A stretch of 40,000 nt of DNA from Myxacorys californica WJT36-NPBG1 (GTDB taxonomy: Bacteria > Cyanobacteriota > Cyanobacteriia > Leptolyngbyales > Leptolyngbyaceae). Positions 9,101-16,104 of the stretch are shown here, one piece after another. The notes below the pieces were generated by a model that saw nothing but the letters and a program-made list of their open reading frames with translations, searched no databases and was not told where the DNA came from. The stretch is from assembly GCA_019359315.1 (NCBI GenBank), contig JAHHHO010000021.1:18078-58077 (forward strand), written 5' to 3'. The translations under genes and the position numbers were made by a program. Positions within the stretch are counted from its first letter, which is position 1, and every line of letters begins with the position of its first letter.

Positions 9101-11142
9101 CCAACTTCTAACGCACTGGTTGTAATGACGAGATCATCATCTTCCTCAATGACAATAGAGCGATCGCTCCCTGACTTGCGCTTGATGTTGAGAGGCTGAC
9201 TACGTGCTTTATCTTTTTGACTCAACACCCACCAGCACTCCCCAGCTTGAAAGAGAGGACAAGTTGGGTCAGGCGTGCAACTATTTTCGCAATTGCAGTT
9301 GTACTGGGTAGTAGGACCAAAAAAGTTAGGAAAGAGTAGGCGGTTAAAGGGTGGGTAACGGTAGGCATATAAGGGAACATACCTGATTGGGTAGGCATCA
9401 TCAGTAGGTCGAATTCCCTGGCTCTTCAATTGTTGCCGTCTCTCAATTTGGTAGTCCTTGACCTTTTCAGCATCTTGCACCTGATACAGCCAACGACCAA
9501 CGATATCCAAAGATTGCACAAAACCGAAGGTACGATAACGATTCAAGCCGCTACCTGCTACCGGCTGCGGCATCGTGTGTAGCACACACATTGCTGTTTG
9601 AATTAACGATGAAAGCACCGCTGTATCTTCGGTATTTTCAGCACGAGCAAAGATAAAACGCTCTGCCCCAATAATCTGCATCTCATTGTCTTGAGGTTTA
9701 ACCTCCTCGATCCGCACTGGGTCAATACCGGAAAGCTCGGATAGGAATTGTTTAGGATGGGCGATCGTCGCACTCAGACCAACAAAGGCAAGATTGGCTT
9801 GTTCTTGGCGATCGCGCTTACCCGTACGAATCCGTGATAGGAGTCGGCGCAGCAGAAGAGCAACTTGAGTTCCTGCTGTGGAAGTTTGCAAGTGAATCTC
9901 GTCCAGCATCACTACAGAAGGCGCGCAGAAGGTTGTAGTCCCGAACAGGTACTGGTACTTTGAAGAGATCAATCGCCGATGAAGAGATTCTGTAGTAGCG
10001 ATCAGAAGATCCGGCGGTTGCTTCTCCATCAAATCCCGAGCAAATTTGATGAAGGGATAAGTCTTTTCACACTTAGGACAGACCAGGACTTCAGGTTGAG
10101 TCGGACGAGCAAGAAGTCGTTGAGGAGTTGTATTGCAGCCACAACCCGGAGTTCCTACACAGTAAGCAAAAGGTGACAGATAGCCCTTATAATCCTCGCT
10201 AAAATTCCAACCTCTTTGCTTAGCAAGTTTTTGTTGCTGAGAGTCATCTACCTTTTGAAAATCACTTACTTGATAAACAGCCGCTCCGCTTTCCACACCT
10301 ATGGTAATTGCAGGAAGGTTGTTGGCAGCTAGTACTTGGTTTAGATGATAGAGAACCTCAATAAAATCTGTAAGTTGGTTTTCTGAGAGAGCAACTCGTG
10401 GGTAAATACAGATTGCTTTGACTCCAATCTTTTTCCGAAGACAGCGCTCAATAACCATTTTGGCTAGCACTGGAAGGAAAAAGGCGTAGGTTTTCCCAGC
10501 TCCTGTACTAGCAGTAACAACAACCCCCCTCTCAATACCCTGTTGTGAATCTAGTTCGATCGCCTGCAAAATAGCCCTGAGTGTTCGACGTTGAAAACCA
10601 CTCATCTGCTGCAGTTTTGTTAGGGTCTGCTCAATGACTGTTAACAGAAGATTAGCAGCCTGCTGTTGTTCTGAATTGCCGGAGAGTAATAGCCCCATGC
10701 ACGTCCGGACAGAGACATTGCGTCGTGGAACCCGGCGAGAGGCAACGCTAAACTTTACATCTTCTATAAGTCGCTTACTTTTACTGATACGATGGGCGAC
10801 TTTAACAGGGTTTTCGTTAACGATACGTTGACGCAGCTTGGTTAAGAGCCGAACTGTCTCTGTAATCCGGCTTCGAAAAATCCAGTTCTCAGGCGATTCC
10901 TCATGATCAAATCGAATAATTTGAAGCTCATTAGCAAGTTTTTGTAGAGCTTGAATAACTGCTGAGTTTTTCTCTCCTACTGATAACTGAATATCATTAG
11001 ATGGCTGGAAGTTTTGAACAACTTCACTTCCTGTCAATGTCAAATCGTAGATGCCATAAGCGATTTGCTCAGCCTCGCGCTGTTCAATGAATGTAAGAAC
11101 CTCATCAGCTAGATTTCCTACAGTTTTTATATCTAAGCTCAT
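6154..11142 (-). CDS. Giant SF2 DExH helicase with a C-terminal DUF1998/MrfA-type zinc-binding Cys cluster (DrmA+DrmB / DruE / DpdJ-like)
   Basis: 1662 aa. Motif I 'TASTGAGKTYAF', motif II 'MLDEIH', motif III 'LSATI', motif VI 'FVQRKGRGGRK'. A Cys cluster 'CRCSCPSCLDD' lies about 150 aa from the C-terminus, where DUF1998 proteins carry theirs. Confidence 0.8.
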   Translation of the reverse strand: MSLDIKTVGNLADEVLTFIEQREAEQIAYGIYDLTLTGSEVVQNFQPSNDIQLSVGEKNSAVIQALQKLANELQIIRFDHEESPENWIFRSRITETVRLLTKLRQRIVNENPVKVAHRISKSKRLIEDVKFSVASRRVPRRNVSVRTCMGLLLSGNSEQQQAANLLLTVIEQTLTKLQQMSGFQRRTLRAILQAIELDSQQGIERGVVVTASTGAGKTYAFFLPVLAKMVIERCLRKKIGVKAICIYPRVALSENQLTDFIEVLYHLNQVLAANNLPAITIGVESGAAVYQVSDFQKVDDSQQQKLAKQRGWNFSEDYKGYLSPFAYCVGTPGCGCNTTPQRLLARPTQPEVLVCPKCEKTYPFIKFARDLMEKQPPDLLIATTESLHRRLISSKYQYLFGTTTFCAPSVVMLDEIHLQTSTAGTQVALLLRRLLSRIRTGKRDRQEQANLAFVGLSATIAHPKQFLSELSGIDPVRIEEVKPQDNEMQIIGAERFIFARAENTEDTAVLSSLIQTAMCVLHTMPQPVAGSGLNRYRTFGFVQSLDIVGRWLYQVQDAEKVKDYQIERRQQLKSQGIRPTDDAYPIRYVPLYAYRYPPFNRLLFPNFFGPTTQYNCNCENSCTPDPTCPLFQAGECWWVLSQKDKARSQPLNIKRKSGSDRSIVIEEDDDLVITTSALEVGYDDEALMCVIQYTAPANVASFVQRKGRGGRKVGTRPIVATVLSPYKPTDLFLFRNEHVLTDPTFQKLPLNAQNRYLQRIHGFYALFDWLAYRANLAGVELNLERLSRQGYQYLLDQTANAGMMFAFKDYLQESFAIVDNDALLRVLGDPDSDGFLWSIFCEGLMTAVHPEFDRENKPMVKARERLTQHLPDNLFSDINLPEVRVDYRPDDHRFNKRLDPESISLAISETIPGNVTFRGGEGSTWIPPLLADGQSLLPLNQYYTAKDQIENNPSTANLPKRALKLVGITPRSGKFLTVYRPTQIEPKQFSRDYNSSFWYCNPDTGELSECRSQQDAPQDMVQLAHSCSAQSISAIYVRPIGDTPTAKYTLKTSNQSVSCDSLGENLVQEIVLYSDEPDNLNLLDVRRIILGSQYTLKFHESRADDIRGVVGFTANENNMSNCALGYQLITEGISVEIKPDAISDAILSFSTRANFRSNAIRHAFITKLTIEDEYRENYFAAENLADVLLTVADGWCHQQGGTLEGMRAWFVAGNNEFNRRSIQAINEIHQLSPKKREAVLQLITSPNNYLAVFLDLYEEIQTNGDLYQDYLYDSFQYSLTQALKQVAQEVAGVEALNYVSAWTRLRLDFDNRTDNRIWLYEIGMGGIGVMRATQDLLRKNPDRFWTTLAHRMTYCPTAQEEAFLRHLLAQPEDWLAQCEVLVDALIQSRSSSDRQVAIEALLSEVRQRMQVIVQQKHLKALLRVFIPDYAQQIDGSRLINWCIFREINQVFLPTCTQQFGREPSFAEARATLYRTIASALSQPDTSSPYPELTRLLRLYRLEYNSNTAEVRRAFESAVERRMLINCRCSCPSCLDDRGGDIEAPGLSRNLLNRSLLSDWLTQARSNQTLNLDDGIGDPTVSPTPISEQIRLLLEKGYQAVYLRVPSDRLSSLCAAISYLTDAGIDTDLGMVYPMITDIQTIYPTDLTVNQPPIIEVTVRPIE

Positions 11143-11275
11143 AGAATCATTTATATTAATGCAGCGATTTGGATAACATCAAAATCAGGATATTTATACA
11201 TGAGCATTGAAATTTCAAGATTAGAGTTGTCTGACTTAAAGAAGTTAAAACACCCTCGACAAATAATGCGATCAG

Positions 11276-12361
11276 CTAAGGATATCTCAGTTTGACTCCC
11301 TTTCCACCATTTGGAGTATTGCAATCCCAACGAAGATCACAAATTGCACAATCCTTTTCACTAATATCACCGGGTATAGCTGATTGCCAGTTTCCAGTAA
11401 CACGTGCTTGCTCAATCTGCATTACGGTCTTAGCAAATTCAATTACTGCATTATCAATTTCAGTTGGAAGAATACTAACTTCAATAAGAGCATTTACTGG
11501 TTGCTTTGAGGGACATGTAGGACCATCTAACTCGTTTAGAAAATACAGAATTGCTCTCCGTGGTAAAACTCCATGTTTAAGTTCATACAACTTGGCATAA
11601 ACTCTCATTTGGAACTCATAATTTTCTAGATCCTTAGGATTTAAGCCAACCCTTGTACTACCTTTGTAGTCCCACATTTCGTAGTCCTCGGGAACTCCAG
11701 CTGAAGTCGTAGGGTCCACAAGCAAATCAACTACACCATGCAAAATATGATTAGTTCTATCTGCCTGCAACCTATGTTCTGTGTCTATGACTCGTGGATA
11801 AAGAACTGGTCCTTCTAATGCATTGAAATACTGGAGAATTCGTACAACTTGCAACCGATTATCCGATTTAATGGCTCGAATTCCTCTACTCTTTAAGCCA
11901 TTTTCTACCTCAACAAAATATTTGACAATATCACTTGGAGGTGTAGGAGGAGCAGTACTCAATTTTTCAGCAATTCTTAGTTCATCAAAATAATCAAGAA
12001 TATCTTGATCACCAAGGATTTTGCCATTATCAGGTAGTAAACCCTTTGTTGCAGGATCAATAATACCGTGAAAATGAGAATGGCAACGGTCTAAAACTTG
12101 GTGCAGAGTAGTCCCAAAATATGTTTGTGTTTGGTAAGCAGGAGCATATTTGTGTACGTTAAAAGTTCCATACTGACGGGCACACCGCCGAAACGGAACA
12201 ATATCTTGCGTAATGCTATACCGCCGTTTCACTGGTGGAGTAGTTGGCAAAGGGACGGAGATACCACTGAATGGTTTTTTCATGATCAGTAATTGTTGAG
12301 TTCTATATGGCAACAGTATTTCGTCGGAATTCAACGTGGTCACGACCAGGAACCGGAACAC
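11276..12361 (-). CDS. PD-(D/E)XK nuclease with Cas4/AddB-like 1+3 cysteine arrangement
   Basis: 'HGVVDLLVD...MWDYKGS' gives a D...(D/E)xK core. One upstream Cys ('FRRCARQY') plus the C-terminal 'CAICDLRWDC' match the Fe-S pattern of Cas4/AddB nucleases. The probable real start is ATG at 12283 ('MKKPFSG'), 20 nt after the UvrD stop. The 12361 start would overlap UvrD by 59 nt. Confidence 0.65.
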   Translation of the reverse strand: MFRFLVVTTLNSDEILLPYRTQQLLIMKKPFSGISVPLPTTPPVKRRYSITQDIVPFRRCARQYGTFNVHKYAPAYQTQTYFGTTLHQVLDRCHSHFHGIIDPATKGLLPDNGKILGDQDILDYFDELRIAEKLSTAPPTPPSDIVKYFVEVENGLKSRGIRAIKSDNRLQVVRILQYFNALEGPVLYPRVIDTEHRLQADRTNHILHGVVDLLVDPTTSAGVPEDYEMWDYKGSTRVGLNPKDLENYEFQMRVYAKLYELKHGVLPRRAILYFLNELDGPTCPSKQPVNALIEVSILPTEIDNAVIEFAKTVMQIEQARVTGNWQSAIPGDISEKDCAICDLRWDCNTPNGGKGVKLRYP

Positions 12362-14582
12362 GCTTTAAATTTTTCTTACTATTGACTTGATCAGGCGTAG
12401 CCACCAAAATTAAGCCATTCTTGGCACGTGAATAAGCAACGTACAAAAGCCGAATAGTATCTTCTATGACAAGTAATTCTGGATCTCTTACATTTCTTGG
12501 GTATAATCCTTGTCTAAAATTTGCTAAATCTGTCTCAAGAATTTGTGCTGACCCAATTCTTCCACTATCTCCTAGCTGAGCAACAAGAACAAAGGGGAAT
12601 TCTAAACCCTTTGCTTGATGAATAGTCATTATCGGAAGATATCCCTGAGGAACAATTACATCCTCATCTTCATCGTCATCAATTCCTGTCTCAATAAGGT
12701 AACTTACAAACATATCATAGAAACGATAGAGAAATGTTGGATCTACATCAATTCCAGACTTATTTCTCCGTAAGCTATCTAAACTCATGCTGTGGTAGCC
12801 CTCAAAAAGACGAGTGACTTTAGATAATCTTAAATTCCTTGATGGGTCTTGACGCCACAAAGAGAAAGGCTCTCTTGAGAGAATCCGATAGATAATTTCT
12901 AGTAGATTAAGACCAATGAAAGTTTGCGTGCTTGCCGCGCATATTTTGGGTAATTCTACGTTACTACTGCATATGTAATCTTCAAGGAGGGCTGTTGGTA
13001 TTGTGGGATCATTCAAGACACTTCGAAGAGTATTTAACCAATCTTGAATAGGTTTAACCCATAATCGAGACTCACCTTTTTGATCCTTATAAGATGCAAA
13101 AGAATGTTTTTTATCAATAATTTCTACTAGTGCTGCAAGTAAGCATTGAACCTCCTCACTCTCCATAAATGACTTTGAGCGTGGATTATAAATAGGAATA
13201 TTGTTCTCTTTAAACGCTGTAATAAATGGACCTGCATTACCCGGCGAATCTTGAGTACTGCGTAGTAATAGAACACATTGACTTAAATCAGCAATAACAT
13301 TGTCAGCTACCAGGTGATCTCTAATTAACTGAACAACAGCCTCAGGCAAATCTTCTGCTTTCTTTCGAGTTAACCAGGTAACAGCAGGATAATTACCTTG
13401 AATAGAAGATGCAGGCTCTACTAAATCTTTGCCAGGAGCGCGAACTCCTGGAGCAGCCATTTCAGAAAAAGATGTTATGTAATTATTAAAAAAATCAACA
13501 ATTCTTGAGTGAGACCGATAGTTACGCTTCAGCTGGATTGGATAGGGTGTTTTGGCAAAAGTAGTTTGACAAGCCTTATCGAAATTAACCATGCAAGCAA
13601 CGTTAGCTCCACGGAAGCGATATAAAGCTTGATCATCATCACCAACGACAGTAATGTTATGAGGCTGTTTATGAGAAAGCGCAAGATAAATTCGCTCTTG
13701 AATAGGATTGGTATCTTGATACTCATCAACCAGAACATGCTGCAGTGGCACTTGATTCAAACCATCACCATCTAAAAAACGCTTTCCCCCAGATGAGGTA
13801 AGAAATTCCAGAAATCGAGCTTGCAGATGTGCAAAGTCGCAACGATAGTTATCCTGCAGGGCTTCAATGTATTGTTGATAAAACTTTACTAAAGTCGCCC
13901 AATGCCCTCCAGCCTGGAGCATCTTCGTCAAATCAATACAGTCATCAACAATATGGTTGAACAAGACAACGGCTGCTTTTACACGCTTCCACTTACTAGG
14001 TGAGAATTTGGCGTTCTGATGCCATTTAGGTACTGCGTGATGGAAGTATCTCCAAAAATCCAGATTCTTGTATTCTGAAATATCTGCAGTACGGTAAGTG
14101 AAAAGATCCTGCTCTACTTTGTCAAGTAAACGAACATTTTGATAGGGAGGATAACGATATTCCTGAAGAATATCATTGCAGAGGCTGTGAAGGGTTCCTA
14201 TTCTTATATCTGACAAATCTACATTTTTAAGGCTAGAATCAAAAGCCTGAAGAACACTTAGATAGCTTGACAAACGATCTTCTAGATTTTGTGCTGCGGG
14301 TTTAGTAAATGTAGTGAGTGCTATAGAACGAGGCGCTACACCGTTTACACAAAGTAGTTTTAAGGTTCGTGTAACTAAGACTTCACTTTTACCAGAACCT
14401 GGACCAGCAAGAAGCCATAAGGGTCCCCCGCTATACTCAACTGCCTCTTTCTGTTTCGAGTCTAAATCGTAGCCTCGAGCACTTTGTTGAGCAAGACATG
14501 TGTGAAAAGTAATTAAGTCTATCATTGAAATATGTAGCTTTTGCGACTGTTTTTTCTGAAGCGTTACGTTTGCAGGAAGCAA
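12303..14582 (-). CDS. UvrD/Rep/PcrA-type SF1 helicase (copy 1)
   Basis: 'LLAGPGSGKSEVL' (Walker A), 'VLVDEYQDTNPIQ', 'VVGDDDQALYRFRGA', 'RNYRSHSRIV', 'MTIHQAKGLEFPFV', 'LLYVAYSRAKNGLILV'. Confidence 0.85.
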   Translation of the reverse strand: MLPANVTLQKKQSQKLHISMIDLITFHTCLAQQSARGYDLDSKQKEAVEYSGGPLWLLAGPGSGKSEVLVTRTLKLLCVNGVAPRSIALTTFTKPAAQNLEDRLSSYLSVLQAFDSSLKNVDLSDIRIGTLHSLCNDILQEYRYPPYQNVRLLDKVEQDLFTYRTADISEYKNLDFWRYFHHAVPKWHQNAKFSPSKWKRVKAAVVLFNHIVDDCIDLTKMLQAGGHWATLVKFYQQYIEALQDNYRCDFAHLQARFLEFLTSSGGKRFLDGDGLNQVPLQHVLVDEYQDTNPIQERIYLALSHKQPHNITVVGDDDQALYRFRGANVACMVNFDKACQTTFAKTPYPIQLKRNYRSHSRIVDFFNNYITSFSEMAAPGVRAPGKDLVEPASSIQGNYPAVTWLTRKKAEDLPEAVVQLIRDHLVADNVIADLSQCVLLLRSTQDSPGNAGPFITAFKENNIPIYNPRSKSFMESEEVQCLLAALVEIIDKKHSFASYKDQKGESRLWVKPIQDWLNTLRSVLNDPTIPTALLEDYICSSNVELPKICAASTQTFIGLNLLEIIYRILSREPFSLWRQDPSRNLRLSKVTRLFEGYHSMSLDSLRRNKSGIDVDPTFLYRFYDMFVSYLIETGIDDDEDEDVIVPQGYLPIMTIHQAKGLEFPFVLVAQLGDSGRIGSAQILETDLANFRQGLYPRNVRDPELLVIEDTIRLLYVAYSRAKNGLILVATPDQVNSKKNLKRVPVPGRDHVEFRRNTVAI

Positions 14583-14623
14583 TGCTCAGATTTTTGAAGG
14601 GGCTGCTATTTTTTGGCTTTGCT

Positions 14624-14860
14624 CTAACTAATCTCTCGTCTACCCATTCGTTTACGAGATTTCTTTCGGTGCTCTAATAACTCATCTAGTAATTCAGATT
14701 GCTTATCAAGCTCCTCCCAGTCCCTAATGAAGCGTTTTAGAGCAACGTTGACCATGTCTTGGGTCGTGGGAGCAGCACTTTGATACTGCTGTTCCAGAGG
14801 CAGCCTAATTTTGCGTAATGTTTCATAAAGGTCATCCGGCACACGGACTGTTGATGGCAA
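14624..14860 (-). CDS. Small ribbon-helix-helix (CopG/Arc-like) DNA-binding protein, first gene of the minus-strand operon
   Basis: 78 aa with a TTG start. The N-terminal 'STVRVPDDLYETLRKI...' has the strand-helix pattern of RHH proteins, followed by a basic tail. It sits next to the divergent promoter region. Confidence 0.45.
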   Translation of the reverse strand: MPSTVRVPDDLYETLRKIRLPLEQQYQSAAPTTQDMVNVALKRFIRDWEELDKQSELLDELLEHRKKSRKRMGRREIS

Positions 14861-14979
14861 GGGGAAGTTACCTGAGTTAGGGACTTCCGCATTTTATTCG
14901 TCTTGACAAAAGCTTTGCTACCATGTATGCAAGCATACAGGTTTGGAAATATAGTATTTTACTTTGAGAGGAAAATTGC
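14861..14979. promoter_or_regulatory. Divergent promoter region between the RHH-UvrD-nuclease operon and the DGQHR-UvrD operon, with a 7-2-7 palindrome
   Basis: Perfect inverted repeat TGTATGC-AA-GCATACA at 14924-14939. TTGACA at 14903-14908 sits 17 nt upstream of TATGCA (plus strand). TATAGT at about 14950-14955. TAAAAT on the minus strand at 14891-14896. GAGAGGAAA lies just upstream of the ATG at 14980. Confidence 0.35.
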
Positions 14980-16074
14980 ATGGAGCTTGTACTCCCCGCT
15001 GTAGCAGTTCGACGCGGTCCCGAAGGGAATCAAATCAGTTACGTAGCGAGCTTTACATTTGGTGACATTGCTCGGTTACTAGATGATGGACGGCTGTACG
15101 TGCCGAACCAACCTGACCTACCTGACTTTGCTCAACGGAAACCGAATCCTGTTCGGATTAAAGCGATCGCCCAATACATCCTGGAAACCTACAGGGAAGG
15201 CACAACCTTCTTCCCTCCAATCTGCGTCAACGTACAACCACCGCCAACCTATCGAAACGGAAACGTCTACTTGCCTTATCACTCAGTAACGTTGCGCTTG
15301 ACTGACGGGCAACACCGTTGCTTTGGCATACGCCAAGCCATCCAGGACATTCAAACCCAAGATCTCATGAACCTTGGAATGCTCTCAAACCTGGAGTTGG
15401 GTGCTTTACTCTACTCTGGGCTACGTCTTGACTTGGAGCGTCAGGCATTCCGGGATCAAAACTTACTAGCACAAAGGCCAGGAACCTCTTTAGCCTATTT
15501 GTTCGACAAGCGATCGCCTAGTGTCCTAATTGCGAAGAGCTTAATGGAGCGAGTTGCTCAGTTTCAGGGCAACGTCGAAACCATTGAAAACGGGTTAGGT
15601 CAGCACAATCCCAAGCTAATGACCCTGTCTACATTAGTTATGGCAACACAGCATATGTTTCCAAACTTACGGTCAAAAAAGGATTTAGAAGAACGTACCG
15701 ACTGGGCTGTAGCATTCTGGATCGCTGCAGGAAGCAACTTCTTCAATGAACTCTGGGCACTAACAAGTGTGCAGGAGCGCAAACGTCAGCGTGAGCAGTC
15801 GGTAGCTGTGAGTGCTATCGTATTTCAGGCATTAGGCTTATTGGCACGGGATTTGTATCTGGAGGGAGTTTCAGGGGAAGATCTGCACAAGTGGTTAGTG
15901 AAACTAGGTGAGATAGACTGGCGACGCGAGAACAATTTCTGGTTAGAGCGAGGAGTGACGCAGGTAGGGGCACAGGGCAACCCAATTTTGCCTAACACGA
16001 GAACTACTATTGATGCTTGTCATCGTGTACTTCGTGAATTTGTAGGCATCATTCCACTTTCCTCCACTTGTTAG
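14980..16074 (+). CDS. dpdB: DGQHR-domain protein (DpdB/DndB-like, ParB/Srx-fold)
   Basis: Exact DGQHR signature in 'VTLRLTDGQHRCFGIRQAI'. At 364 aa it matches DpdB/DndB in size. The symbol is tentative. Confidence 0.7.
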   Translation: MELVLPAVAVRRGPEGNQISYVASFTFGDIARLLDDGRLYVPNQPDLPDFAQRKPNPVRIKAIAQYILETYREGTTFFPPICVNVQPPPTYRNGNVYLPYHSVTLRLTDGQHRCFGIRQAIQDIQTQDLMNLGMLSNLELGALLYSGLRLDLERQAFRDQNLLAQRPGTSLAYLFDKRSPSVLIAKSLMERVAQFQGNVETIENGLGQHNPKLMTLSTLVMATQHMFPNLRSKKDLEERTDWAVAFWIAAGSNFFNELWALTSVQERKRQREQSVAVSAIVFQALGLLARDLYLEGVSGEDLHKWLVKLGEIDWRRENNFWLERGVTQVGAQGNPILPNTRTTIDACHRVLREFVGIIPLSSTC

Positions 16075-16104
16075 CCTAATCGCAACTAGAAAGATTCCTT
16101 ATTT

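Noticed and set aside
7045-10831. Small plus-strand ORFs (61-82 aa) antisense to the 1662-aa helicase gene
   Set aside because: They are short, lack motifs and are fully embedded in a strongly supported CDS.
3427-11142. Calling the helicase/PLD module canonical DISARM or Druantia
   Set aside because: The window has no methyltransferase (DrmMI/MII), no SNF2 DrmD, no DrmE and no DruA-D/H-like large proteins. The helicase and the DUF1998-type region are fused. Only 'DISARM/Druantia/Dpd-like' is justified.
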